Counted from the stretch's first letter, positions 28,906-37,971 are shown. The stretch: DNA of 64,000 nt from Elioraea sp. (GCF_022842375.1 NZ_JALHPR010000005.1:134370-198369), one strand, 5' to 3'. The notes: a model not told the origin generated them from the letters alone. Numbers and translations are program-made.

Positions 28906-29811
28906 ATGAACCTGAGAGACCTGCGCTACATCCTCGCCATCGCGGAGCACAGGCATTTTGGCCGCGCTGCTGAGGCCTCCGGCATCAGCCAGCCGACGCT
29001 CTCGGTGCAGCTGCGCAAGCTCGAGGAGCTGCTGGGTGTCGCGCTGTTCGAGCGCAGCAGCAAGGCCGTGGTGCCGACCGCCGCCTGCGAGCGGCTGATC
29101 GGCCATGTCCGCGCTGCCGTGGCGGAGGCTGACGCGATCCTCTCCGTTGCACTCACGCTGCGCGACCCGCTGGCCGGGCGCTTCCGGCTTGGCATCATCC
29201 CGACGCTCGCACCCTATCTGCTCCCGCTGGTGTTCGCGCCGCTGCGCGAGGCGCTGCCCGCGCTCGAGGTCGAGCCGTGGGAGGACCAGACGTCAGCCAT
29301 CGTCGACCGGCTGCGGGCGCATGAACTCGATGCCGCACTTCTCGCCACCGATCTCGACGGGCCCGACCTCGCGAGCCGGCCGCTCTTCGCCGAGCCGTTC
29401 CTTGCGGCCCTGCCGCCGGAGCATCCGCTTGCCGCCCGCGCCGTCGTGGAGGAGGGCGAGCTTGCGCGCGACATCCTCGTGCTGGCCGAGGGGCATTGCC
29501 TGCGCGACCAGACGCTCGCCGCCTGTGGGCAGAGCGGGGCGCTCGGCGGCACGCTGCGCGCCGCGTCCCTCTCGACGCTGCTGAACATGGTGGCCGCCGG
29601 CTACGGCACGACGCTGATCCCCGGGCTCGCTGCCGGTGCGGCGCAGGATGCCGGCATCGTGCTGCGCCCGCTCGCCGCGCAGGCGGGGCGGACGGTGCGC
29701 ATCGTGTGGCGCGCGCGCTTTCCTCGCCGCGGTGCCGTGGATGCGGTGGGCGACGTGATCGCCGCGCGCCTGCGCGGGTTTGCGACCGGCGGCGCGACGG
29801 GGGCGGTTTGA
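28906..29811 (+). CDS. oxyR: LysR-family peroxide sensor OxyR
   Basis: N-terminal HTH (MNLRDLRYILAIAEHRHFGRAAEASGISQPTLSVQLRKLE) and LAEGHCLRDQTLAACG carrying both redox Cys. It is divergent from katG. Confidence 0.85.
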   Translation: MNLRDLRYILAIAEHRHFGRAAEASGISQPTLSVQLRKLEELLGVALFERSSKAVVPTAACERLIGHVRAAVAEADAILSVALTLRDPLAGRFRLGIIPTLAPYLLPLVFAPLREALPALEVEPWEDQTSAIVDRLRAHELDAALLATDLDGPDLASRPLFAEPFLAALPPEHPLAARAVVEEGELARDILVLAEGHCLRDQTLAACGQSGALGGTLRAASLSTLLNMVAAGYGTTLIPGLAAGAAQDAGIVLRPLAAQAGRTVRIVWRARFPRRGAVDAVGDVIAARLRGFATGGATGAV

Positions 29812-29824
29812 GCGCGCGCGGCAG

Positions 29825-30208
29825 CTACTTGATCGCGATTGCAGCCGCGGCGGCGGGCGCGAGTTCGGCGGTTGGCGCGATCGTTCCGTGGTTGGCCAGC
29901 ATGTACGCGCTGATCGCCCACTTGTCCTCGTCGCTGAGCTTCGTCGGGTCGTCGAAGGGCATCATCATCTGGTTGTATTCGAACAGGCCCATCGCGTTCT
30001 CGAAGCGCGCGATCTTCGCTCCCTGGCCCCAGATCGGTGTCTGATAGCCCGCACCCGCGCGGCCATCGTCGCCATGGCAGGCAGCGCAGTAATCGGCGAA
30101 CAGCCGCGCACCATGGCCGACCTGTTGGCTGCGCGGCGCATCGGCCGATGCGAGGGAGACGAAGGCGACAGTGACGCCGGCGAGAGCGGCAAATACAAGC
30201 GAACGCAT
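29825..30208 (-). CDS. sorB: Monohaem cytochrome c, SorB-like
   Basis: 127 aa with a signal peptide (MRSLVFAALAGVTVAFVSLASA) and a CAACH motif. It lies immediately downstream of the sulfite-oxidase-family gene. Confidence 0.7.
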   Translation of the reverse strand: MRSLVFAALAGVTVAFVSLASADAPRSQQVGHGARLFADYCAACHGDDGRAGAGYQTPIWGQGAKIARFENAMGLFEYNQMMMPFDDPTKLSDEDKWAISAYMLANHGTIAPTAELAPAAAAAIAIK

Positions 30209-30248
30209 CGTGGCAGCATGCTCCGGGTTGGTTCAGCGGGAGGGAGCG

Positions 30249-30274
30249 GCCGGCCCCCGAACGCAGGGGCCGGC
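30249..30274 (-). other. Intercistronic hairpin between sorA and sorB
   Basis: GCCGGCCCC-(8 nt)-GGGGCCGGC forms a perfect 9-bp stem. Confidence 0.3.
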
Positions 30275-30293
30275 ACCTGGAGGCAGGGTCGTC

Positions 30294-31676
30294 TCAGACC
30301 ACCTCGACCCTGAATTTCGGGATGGCCCAGTTCGCCATGCCGAGCGTGTTGAGCGGCACCTTCTCCGGCTGCTGCGTCCCGGCAGTGTCGGTCGCGCGCG
30401 TCTCGATCACGTGCTGGCCCGCCGTCGCGTTCCACGGCACGTCGAACCTGACCCAGGTGTACTTGCCGAGATTGGGAGGCCTGATCGCCGCCTGCTGCCA
30501 GGCGCCGCCGTCGATCCGCACCTCGACGTTCCGCACGCCGTGCTGCGGCGCCCAGGCATAGCCGCGCAGCGTCTGCTGCCCGGCCGAGAGGCGCGGGACC
30601 TGGCCACGCTGCAGCGGGTAGTTCGCCGGCACCGACGGCGACTTCTCGAGCACAAGCGGCACGGTGATGAAGGATTTCGGCGGCATCCAGGTGACCATGG
30701 GCCCCTTGATGTCGTCCGCCGTCACGCCGATGAACTCGTCATCGGCGCTGAACTCGGGCCGCGCGTAGCTGGGCCCGATATAGACCTCGCCTCGCGTGTT
30801 CAGCCGCGCCCAGACGCGCTTGTCGGTGACGCGGATCTCGGTGAGCCACTTGATCGAGGCGGTGCCGCCCCAGCCGGGCACGACCATGCGCACCGGTGCG
30901 CCGTGATCGGGGATCAGCGGGTTGCCGTTCATCGCGAAGCAGACGCCCATGTCGTGCTGCAGCGAAGCGACGTCGCTGTAGGGCATCGGCCTGCCCATGT
31001 CATTGCCGTCGACGCCCGACCAGAACAGCACCGTGCGTGCGCCTGGCTTGATACCGACGCGGGCGAAGATCTCGCTCATCGGGACGTACTGCCACTCGGC
31101 CTGGCCGACGGCACCGAGCACCCAGTTGCCGCCGGCAACCTCCTGCCCGGTCAGCCCGTCCTGCTCCCAGAACAGCGTGCGCCCGTTGCCGTGGCATTCC
31201 ATCGTCGCGATGATCGTGCGCGACGGCATGGCGAGCAGGTCGTTGTACGAAAGGTCGACCGGCCGCTCGACGGAGGTGCCGTGGATGCGCAGCTTCCAGT
31301 TCTCGCGCGCAAGCACGGGGCGCTGTTCGACCGTCGGTGTCGGGTAGTGGTTGCGGACGTAGAATTCCTCAACCGGCGTCATGAACGTTTTGAAGTTCCA
31401 GTAATTGCCGGAACGAACCGTCGCGCCGATGTTCAAGACGCGGCTGTCGTCCTTCAGGATCGCCCTCCGCGGGGCTGGCGCCGGCTGCGCCGGTGCCTGT
31501 GCCGGTGCCTGTGCCGGGGCCTGCGCCAGGGCCTGGGTCGACCCGGTCCCGATCGCCGCCGCCGCCCCGAACGCCGCCGCCGAGACGAACAGCGATCGCC
31601 GCTGCGTGTTGGTGCCGTCCTTCAGGACGGTCTGGGCGATCTGGTCCGCTTCCGCACGCTGTTTTCGTTCCGACAT
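30294..31676 (-). CDS. sorA: Sulfite dehydrogenase, molybdopterin subunit (sulfite oxidase family, SorA-like), Tat-exported
   Basis: 460 aa with a Tat signal (TQRRSLFVSAAAFGAAAA), Mo-ligand region ATMECHGNGR, SIKWLTEIRV, and a C-terminal dimerisation-type domain. GGGGAGGA RBS. Confidence 0.8.
   Translation of the reverse strand: MSERKQRAEADQIAQTVLKDGTNTQRRSLFVSAAAFGAAAAIGTGSTQALAQAPAQAPAQAPAQPAPAPRRAILKDDSRVLNIGATVRSGNYWNFKTFMTPVEEFYVRNHYPTPTVEQRPVLARENWKLRIHGTSVERPVDLSYNDLLAMPSRTIIATMECHGNGRTLFWEQDGLTGQEVAGGNWVLGAVGQAEWQYVPMSEIFARVGIKPGARTVLFWSGVDGNDMGRPMPYSDVASLQHDMGVCFAMNGNPLIPDHGAPVRMVVPGWGGTASIKWLTEIRVTDKRVWARLNTRGEVYIGPSYARPEFSADDEFIGVTADDIKGPMVTWMPPKSFITVPLVLEKSPSVPANYPLQRGQVPRLSAGQQTLRGYAWAPQHGVRNVEVRIDGGAWQQAAIRPPNLGKYTWVRFDVPWNATAGQHVIETRATDTAGTQQPEKVPLNTLGMANWAIPKFRVEVV
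31477..31536 (-). repeat. Imperfect 12-bp tandem repeat inside sorA encoding (AQAP)n
   Basis: GCCGGTGCCTGT x2 is exact (31489..31512), flanked by degenerate copies. It translates to ALAQAPAQAPAQAPAQPAPAP just after the Tat signal. Confidence 0.6.
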
Positions 31677-31726
31677 CCGTCATCCTCCCCATCTTGCCCG
31701 GCCATCCGGGATGCGGACGGGAGATG

Positions 31727-31742
31727 AGCAACCTCCGTGCCG
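31727..31742 (-). promoter_or_regulatory. Sigma-54 (-24/-12) promoter upstream of sorA
   Basis: The minus strand reads CGGCACG-GAGG-TTGCT, against the consensus TGGCACG-N4-TTGCW with exact spacing. The -12 GC lies 52 nt upstream of the sorA ATG. Confidence 0.6.
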
Positions 31743-31769
31743 CGGCCCACGGGGCCGAACGAGTTGGAC

Positions 31770-31782
31770 TATCAATGCGTTG
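31770..31782. promoter_or_regulatory. IHF core-consensus match
   Basis: tATCAAtgcgTTG fits WATCAANNNNTTR perfectly. It lies between the inverted repeat and the -24/-12 element. Confidence 0.4.
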
Positions 31783-31804
31783 CGCCAGACCGACAGCACC
31801 GCAT

Positions 31805-31820
31805 GTCCGGATTTCCGGAC
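31805..31820. promoter_or_regulatory. Perfect inverted repeat GTCCGGA-TT-TCCGGAC (candidate enhancer/UAS)
   Basis: Read directly. It lies 14 nt after the stop of the EBP gene and about 65-80 nt upstream of the -24 element. The 2-nt loop makes a terminator hairpin unlikely. Confidence 0.4.
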
Positions 31821-31833
31821 GGCGGTCCATGGG

Positions 31834-33204
31834 TCAGTCCGAGATTTCGGATTGACTGGACCCTGTGCGCAGCGCGAAGCGGCGCACCTTCTCGAACATG
31901 GTCGAGCGCGAGACGTCGAGCCGTTCCGCCGCGCGCGCCACGTCGCCGTTGCAGGCGGCGAGTGCCGCGGCGATCGCGCGGCGCTCCGCCGCATCGCGCG
32001 CCGCGGCCAGAGTCCCTCCCCCATCGGCTTCGGGTGCGGCCAGGGCGCGCTCGGGGAACAGGTCGGCCGCGCCGATCCAGTCGCCATCGGCCAGGGCGAC
32101 GGCCCGCTCCATCCGATTGCGCAACTCGCGGATGTTGCCGGGGAAGGCGTATGCCAGCAGCGCCGCCTCGGCGACACTCGTCAAGCCACGGCGTGGCCTG
32201 CCGAACGCGGCGGCGAATTCACCGAGGAAGCGGCGGGCGAGCGGCAGCACGTCCTCGCCTCTCGCCCTGAGCGGCGGCATCGCGACATGGATGACCGCCA
32301 GGCGGAAGAAGAGATCGGCGCGGAACAGGCCGGCCGCGACCCTTGCCTCGAGATCGGCATTCGTCGCGGCAACGATCCGTGCACGGAACGGCAGGTCGCT
32401 GCTGCCGCCGACGCGGCGGAAGCTCCGTTCCTGCAGCAGCCGCAGCAGCTTCGCCTGAAGTGCCAACGGCAGTTCGGCGACCTCGTCGAGAAACAGCATG
32501 CCAGCGCCAGCGCGGAACGCCAGCCCGTCATGCCGTGCGGCAGCGCCTGTGAAGGCGCCGCGCTCATGGCCGAAGATCTCGCTCTCCAGAAGGTCAGGCG
32601 GGATCGCGGCGCAGTTGACCGCGATGAACGGCGCTTCCGCGTGCGGTCCCTCCGCGTGCAACAGGCGTGCGGCAACCTCCTTGCCCGATCCGCTCGGGCC
32701 GGTGATGAGCACGGTCGAGGCGATCGGCGCGATGCGGCGCAGCAGTCGCTCGACCGCAGCGATCGACGGCGATGTGCCGAGGACAAGCCCGCCGCAGCGC
32801 TGCCAGCGTGGCGCGAGCAGCGCCTCAAGTCGTTCTAAAAGCGTATCTATATCGAAAGGCTTGGTCAGGTAGTCGGCGGCACCGGCCCGCATCAGCCGCA
32901 CGGCCTGCGCGACGTCGCCGAAACCGGTGACGAACAGCATCGGCACCTGGCCGCATTGCTGCGCGAGCGCGCGATGGATGTCCTCGCCCGACATGTCGGG
33001 CAGCCTGATGTCGCAGATCACCGCGTCAGGGGGGCGCATGCCGAGCGCGCCGATCGCCTCAGCGCCGGTGCGAAACCATTGCGTGCGGTAGCCCTCGACC
33101 GCCAGCCAGTCGACCACGGATTGGCCCATCACCGGGTCATCCTCGATCAGCGCGACCAGGGGGGCTGTGTCAGGCTGCGTCGGCAAGGCGGCGTTCCGCG
33201 GCAT
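31834..33204 (-). CDS. NtrC-family sigma-54-dependent response regulator (REC + AAA+ + HTH), motifs intact
   Basis: REC domain (VICDIRLPDMSG), Walker A GPSGSGKE, GAFTGA, Walker B LFLDEV, FPGNIRELRN, and an HTH (AAERLDVSRSTMFEKVRRF). Confidence 0.9.
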   Translation of the reverse strand: MPRNAALPTQPDTAPLVALIEDDPVMGQSVVDWLAVEGYRTQWFRTGAEAIGALGMRPPDAVICDIRLPDMSGEDIHRALAQQCGQVPMLFVTGFGDVAQAVRLMRAGAADYLTKPFDIDTLLERLEALLAPRWQRCGGLVLGTSPSIAAVERLLRRIAPIASTVLITGPSGSGKEVAARLLHAEGPHAEAPFIAVNCAAIPPDLLESEIFGHERGAFTGAAARHDGLAFRAGAGMLFLDEVAELPLALQAKLLRLLQERSFRRVGGSSDLPFRARIVAATNADLEARVAAGLFRADLFFRLAVIHVAMPPLRARGEDVLPLARRFLGEFAAAFGRPRRGLTSVAEAALLAYAFPGNIRELRNRMERAVALADGDWIGAADLFPERALAAPEADGGGTLAAARDAAERRAIAAALAACNGDVARAAERLDVSRSTMFEKVRRFALRTGSSQSEISD

Positions 33205-34603
33205 CTGGAATCCTCACGGTGATCGCCGCGCCCGGTGGACCGGCAATGGTGATGGTGGCGCCCAGTTCGGCTGTCAGCCGCGCCACGGTCCAGAGGCCGA
33301 GGCCATTTGTCGGCAGCTGGCGACCGGCCGCAGCACCTGTGAGCAGCACCTCTGCCGCTGCCGGCAGCCCGGGCCCGTCATCGGCAACGGTGAGGATGAG
33401 CGCGCCAGCCTCGGTGACGGCATGAAAGCGCAGCGTGCCCTGCGGGGGCGATGCAGCGCAGGCGTTGAGCAGGAGATTGAGCGCGATCTGGCGCACCGCC
33501 TGCGCCGGGATCGCGGGGGTCGATGCGAGATCCTGCCGCCAGGCGAGAACCAGGTCGCGGCGCCGCGCCTCGCTTTCGATCAGGTAGCGGAGATCGTCGA
33601 TGTCGCCGGGCGCGAGGGGGCGGTCATCCACCTCGCCGCGCCACAGCATCAGCGAGGCACGGACCACGTTGTGGATGCCGGTCAGCCCCCGTTCGAGCAG
33701 GGCCGCCGCGCGGGCGCGGTGCACCGGATCGGCGCCGTGGCGTTCGATCATGCGGACGGCGTTGAACAGGCCGCCGAGCGGGTTGTTGACCTCATGCGCC
33801 ATGGCCGAGGCGTAGCGGCCGACCAGGGCGCGGCGTTCCTGCTCGGCAAGGCGCTTCAGCAGTGCCTCGCGCTCGGTGATCGCCGCTGCAGCGGCGTTGT
33901 AGCGGCGGTAGGCACGGCCCTCATCCGTATCCTCGGGCGGCAGCTCCGCCTCGGGAATGGGATCGAGCCGCCCCTCACTGGCTTGCGCGAGCCGGTCCGA
34001 CAGGCGGAGCACCGGGCGCAGCATCCGCTGCACCAGGAGCCAGCCGAGTGCCGCGAGCAGGATGGTCAGCGCCGCGTTGAGGCCGACCAGCGCGGCAAGT
34101 GCCGCGCGCCGTTCCGCCGCCAGCGCGGTGACGTCGATCTCGGCGGCGATCCTGCCGATCGCCACGCCGGCCTCGACCATCGCCCGATGGATCCACACCG
34201 TGCCGTGCGCGGTATCGAGCTGCGTCGGGTCGCCATCTGGGTGGGAGGCGGGCGGGGCCGGAGAGCCGAGCGGGTGGGGCAGAGGATCGGAGGCTGCGAG
34301 CACCGTGTCGTCGGGCAGCACGACGAGCACGCGCAGCGCCGCGACGCCGGAGTAGCGCGTGCGCGAGCGGTCGAGCGCATCGAATGCTTCCCACGGATCG
34401 CGGCGGATCAGCGCCGGCTGGAGCGCGGTCGAGAGCCCATCGAGATAGGCGCCGCCGAGCTCGGTGAAATGCGCTGCCTGCGTCGCCTCGATCCGCAGCA
34501 GCACGAGCTTGGAGATCGCCGCGGCGACACCGATCATCAGCGCCGCGACGAGCAGCGGCACCTTGATGGCAAGCGGCCAGCGCATCCTCCGCCGCGCGCT
34601 CAT
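33170..34603 (-). CDS. Sensor histidine kinase (two TM segments, periplasmic loop)
   Basis: H-box SAMAHEVNNPL and an ATPase region (DDGPGLP...NGLGLW). The stop lies 35 nt inside the annotated RR start. The ATG overlaps the upstream SBP stop (ATGA). Confidence 0.85.
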   Translation of the reverse strand: MSARRRMRWPLAIKVPLLVAALMIGVAAAISKLVLLRIEATQAAHFTELGGAYLDGLSTALQPALIRRDPWEAFDALDRSRTRYSGVAALRVLVVLPDDTVLAASDPLPHPLGSPAPPASHPDGDPTQLDTAHGTVWIHRAMVEAGVAIGRIAAEIDVTALAAERRAALAALVGLNAALTILLAALGWLLVQRMLRPVLRLSDRLAQASEGRLDPIPEAELPPEDTDEGRAYRRYNAAAAAITEREALLKRLAEQERRALVGRYASAMAHEVNNPLGGLFNAVRMIERHGADPVHRARAAALLERGLTGIHNVVRASLMLWRGEVDDRPLAPGDIDDLRYLIESEARRRDLVLAWRQDLASTPAIPAQAVRQIALNLLLNACAASPPQGTLRFHAVTEAGALILTVADDGPGLPAAAEVLLTGAAAGRQLPTNGLGLWTVARLTAELGATITIAGPPGAAITVRIPDAAERRLADAA

Positions 34604-35484
34604 CCTGCCTCCCTCACCTGGCGCCAGAGCGCCGCGATGCTGTCGAATTGCGATGGGGCGACCGGGGCGAACCCATCAAGGCGGAGTGTGGCGAGGATCT
34701 CCTGCCCGATCGTGCTTCTGTCCATCCCGAGGAATGCTGCCTTGGTTGCGGCGATGATCGAGGGCTCGGTCTGGCGGGAGGCGGCGATGGGCGGGAAGCC
34801 CATCGGCTCCGAGGTTCGCAGGATGCGCGTCGCCCTGACCAGAGCCGGCTCGAGCTCGGCCATCACGTCCCACACATAGCCATCGACCGATCCGGACTGG
34901 GCGAGGCCCGAGGCGACGGCCCGGATGACGTTGCGATGGCCGTAGGTGAAGAAGCTGCGTGCGAAGAACCCGGCGGCCGTCTCTCCCCTGGCGGCCAGCG
35001 CGGCGCTCGTGACCAGGAACCCGGAATTGCTGTCGGGGTCCGAGAAGGCGTGGATGTCGCCGCTGAGGTCGGCGAGGCTCTCGGCCCGCCTGTCGCGGCG
35101 AACGATCACGTAGGAGCGGTAGAGCGACGCGCCGCGATAGAGCGGTGCCGCCACGAGGCTCAGCGCCTCGCGGTGCTGCACGAAGGGAAAGCCGCAGATC
35201 CAGGCGGCGTCGAGCTGGCCGGCAATGAGCAGCGCGCTGATCTCGCGATAGGTGCGGCGCTTGACGACCTGCACCGTCCTGCCGAGGCGGCGGGAGAGAT
35301 AGGCCTCGATCTGGCGCACGAGCACGATGTCGCTGTCGAGGAAAACTGGGGTGAGCCCGAGCGTGATGGGCCGTGCTGCCCTGGCGCTGCCCGACCAGCC
35401 TGAGGCCAGGGCAAGCGCGGGGGAAGCGGCCATGAGGGCACGACGGGTCGTCCACGTTGGCGTCGCGTGCGCCCCTTCCATCAT
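34600..35484 (-). CDS. PhnD-like (phosphonate-binding family) periplasmic binding protein, Tat signal
   Basis: ITLGLTPVFLDSDIVLVRQIEAYLSRRLGRTVQVVKRRTYREISALLIAGQLDAAWICGFPFV is typical of the PhnD-type fold. The start MMEGAHATPTWTTRRALMAASPALALA was chosen at 35484, 1 nt after the upstream stop. Confidence 0.75.
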   Translation of the reverse strand: MMEGAHATPTWTTRRALMAASPALALASGWSGSARAARPITLGLTPVFLDSDIVLVRQIEAYLSRRLGRTVQVVKRRTYREISALLIAGQLDAAWICGFPFVQHREALSLVAAPLYRGASLYRSYVIVRRDRRAESLADLSGDIHAFSDPDSNSGFLVTSAALAARGETAAGFFARSFFTYGHRNVIRAVASGLAQSGSVDGYVWDVMAELEPALVRATRILRTSEPMGFPPIAASRQTEPSIIAATKAAFLGMDRSTIGQEILATLRLDGFAPVAPSQFDSIAALWRQVREAG

Positions 35485-35485
35485 C

Positions 35486-37117
35486 CTACCGCTCATCGCC
35501 GGGCGGTGCATCGTCGCCGCGCGCAAGACGGCGCAGTACGTGCTTCTGCACCTTGCCGGTGGAGGTTCGCGGCACGGTGGTGAACACCACCCGCCGCGGT
35601 GCCTTGTAGTGGGCGATCGCCCCGCGCACGAAGGCGATCAGCTCGTCCTCCGTCGCGCCGGCACCTGGCTTGAGCTCGACGAAGGCGCACGGGCTCTCGC
35701 CCCAGCGCTCGTCCGGCATCGCCACGACCGCGGCGACGGCAACCGAGGCGTGGCGGTAGAGCGCGTCCTCCACCTCGATCGATGAGATGTTTTCCCCGCC
35801 GGAGATGATGATGTCCTTCGCACGGTCCTTCAGCTGGATGTAGCTGTCGGGATGCATCACGCCGAGGTCGCCGGTATGGAACCAGCCACCGGCGAAGGCC
35901 GCCTCGGTCGCTGCCTCGTCCTTGAGATAGCCCTTCATCACCACGTTGCCGCGCATCAGCACCTCGCCGATCGTTTCGCCATCGGCCGGCATAGGCAGGA
36001 GCGTTTCCGGATCGGCGACCGTCAGCCCCTCGAGCGCCTGGTAGCGCACGCCCTGTCGCGCCATCTTCCGCGCGCGATCCTCCGCCGGCAGCGCATCCCA
36101 CGCCTCGTTCCACTCGTTGACGACGGCAGGGCCGTACACCTCCGTCAGCCCATACACGTGGCAGACGCGGAACCCCGCTTCTGCCATGGCAGCGAGCACG
36201 GCTTCCGGCGGCGGGGCGGCGGCCGTGAGGAATGTGGGCGTGTTCTCAAGGCGCGGCCGTTCCGCAACGGGAACGTCGAGCAGCGTCGCCATCACGATCG
36301 GCGCGCCGCAGAGATGCGTCACGCCATGCGCGGCAATCAGCCGCCACATCTCGGGCCCCCGCACGTGCCGCAGGCATACATGCGTGCCGGCCAGCGCGGT
36401 GATGGTCCACGGAAAGCACCAGCCGTTGCAGTGGAACATCGGCAGCGTCCAGAGATACACGGGATGCCGCGCGATATCGCCCGCCGTGACGTTGCCGAGT
36501 GCCAGCAGATGCGCGCCGCGATGGTGGTACACGACACCCTTCGGCCGGCCCGTCGTGCCACTCGTGTAGTTGAGGGCGATCGCGTCCCACTCATCCTCCG
36601 GCCTCAGCCAGGCCCAGCCGGGATCGCCGCCAGCAAGCAGCGCCTCGTAAGCGATTCCCCCAAGCGTCTCGCCGCGCGCGGTTTCCGGGCAGGGCGGATC
36701 GTCCACCTCGATGATCAGCGGTCGCGCGGCGCAGTGACCGAGGGCTGCGCGCAGCAGCGGAATGAACTCGCGATCGACGAGGATGGCCCGCGCCTCGCCG
36801 TGGTCGAGGATGAAGCCGATGGTCGCTGCATCCAGCCGGGTGTTGATGGCGTTGAGCACGGCACGTGCCATCGGTACGCCGAAATGCGCCTCGAGCATCG
36901 CCGGGCCGTTCGGCAGCAGCGCGGCAACCGTGTCGCCGCGGCCGATGCCGTTGCCGTCGAGTGCAGAGGCAAGCCGCACTGCGCGGTCACGGAAGGCGCG
37001 GTAGCTCGTCGTTCCGCCTGCGTGCAGGATGGCAGGACGGTCGGGGAAGACGGACGCCGCGCGCGCCAGGAACGGCAGCGGCGAGAGCGGGACGAAATTC
37101 GCCGCATTCCGCTCCAT
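35486..37117 (-). CDS. Acyl-CoA synthetase (AMP-forming, medium-chain type)
   Basis: YTSGTTGRPKGV AMP motif, GWFHTGDLG, and STGKVQKHVLR. The ATG at 37117 was chosen; the alternative GTG at 37174 would overlap the upstream gene. Confidence 0.85.
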   Translation of the reverse strand: MERNAANFVPLSPLPFLARAASVFPDRPAILHAGGTTSYRAFRDRAVRLASALDGNGIGRGDTVAALLPNGPAMLEAHFGVPMARAVLNAINTRLDAATIGFILDHGEARAILVDREFIPLLRAALGHCAARPLIIEVDDPPCPETARGETLGGIAYEALLAGGDPGWAWLRPEDEWDAIALNYTSGTTGRPKGVVYHHRGAHLLALGNVTAGDIARHPVYLWTLPMFHCNGWCFPWTITALAGTHVCLRHVRGPEMWRLIAAHGVTHLCGAPIVMATLLDVPVAERPRLENTPTFLTAAAPPPEAVLAAMAEAGFRVCHVYGLTEVYGPAVVNEWNEAWDALPAEDRARKMARQGVRYQALEGLTVADPETLLPMPADGETIGEVLMRGNVVMKGYLKDEAATEAAFAGGWFHTGDLGVMHPDSYIQLKDRAKDIIISGGENISSIEVEDALYRHASVAVAAVVAMPDERWGESPCAFVELKPGAGATEDELIAFVRGAIAHYKAPRRVVFTTVPRTSTGKVQKHVLRRLARGDDAPPGDER

Positions 37118-37158
37118 CCCGGCATCGTACTTGCCCTGTCGCGAGGCCCCCCCCACCG

Positions 37159-37971
37159 TCAACGGTCCTCCCACACGGGCGGGCGCTTGGCGAGGAATGC
37201 GCCGATGCCCTCGCCCGCGTCGCGCGTCATCAGGTTCTCGACCATCACGCAGGCGGCGTCGCGATACGCCTCGCTGAGATCACGGCCGAGCTGGCGGTGG
37301 AACGACGCCTTGCCAAGGCGCACGGCGACGGCAGAACGGGCGGCGATGCGCGCGGCAAGCGCGAGCGCATCATCGCGCGCCGCCCCCGCCACGACGACGC
37401 GGTTGACGAGGCCGATGCGATGCGCCTCGGCAGCGTCGATCACGTCTCCTGTCAGCAGCATCTCCATCGCTGCCTTGCGCGGCACGGCGCGGGAGAGGGC
37501 CACGGCAGGGGTGGAGCAGAAGAGGCCGATCGACACACCAGGCGTGCAGAACCGCGCGCTCTCGTCGGCGACCGCAAGGTCGCAGGCAGCGACGAGCTGG
37601 CAGCCGGCCGCGGTCGCCATCCCGCGGACCGCCGCAATCACTGGCTGCGGTAGCGCAACGATGGCTTGCATGAAGGTGGCACAGGCGCCCATCGCGTTGG
37701 TGAAGAACGCCGCGCCGCCATCCTCGTCGGCCCTGTGCGCATCGAGTTCCGCCAGATCGTGGCCGGCGCAGAAGGCAGCCCCCTCGCCGGCGATGACGAC
37801 GACGCGAACGCCGGGGTCTGCCGCGATGGAGACGAGGGTTGCATTCAGCGCGCCGAGCATGGCGAGCGAGAGGCTGTTGCGACGTGCTGGCCGGTTCAGG
37901 CGGAGGAGGGCAACGCCATCCCCCCGCCGCTCGACGATGACCGGCATCGCTGCATCCGCCGCTGTGTCCAT
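37159..37971 (-). CDS. Enoyl-CoA hydratase/isomerase (crotonase) family
   Basis: 270 aa from MDTAADAAMPVIVERRGDGVALLRLNRPARRNSL, with GEGAAFCAGHDL and a GAGGAG RBS. Confidence 0.85.
   Translation of the reverse strand: MDTAADAAMPVIVERRGDGVALLRLNRPARRNSLSLAMLGALNATLVSIAADPGVRVVVIAGEGAAFCAGHDLAELDAHRADEDGGAAFFTNAMGACATFMQAIVALPQPVIAAVRGMATAAGCQLVAACDLAVADESARFCTPGVSIGLFCSTPAVALSRAVPRKAAMEMLLTGDVIDAAEAHRIGLVNRVVVAGAARDDALALAARIAARSAVAVRLGKASFHRQLGRDLSEAYRDAACVMVENLMTRDAGEGIGAFLAKRPPVWEDR

Noticed and set aside
31477-31536. A short tandem repeat considered as a CRISPR or minisatellite.
   Set aside because: The 12-bp units are contiguous without spacers and lie in frame inside sorA. It is a coding low-complexity repeat.
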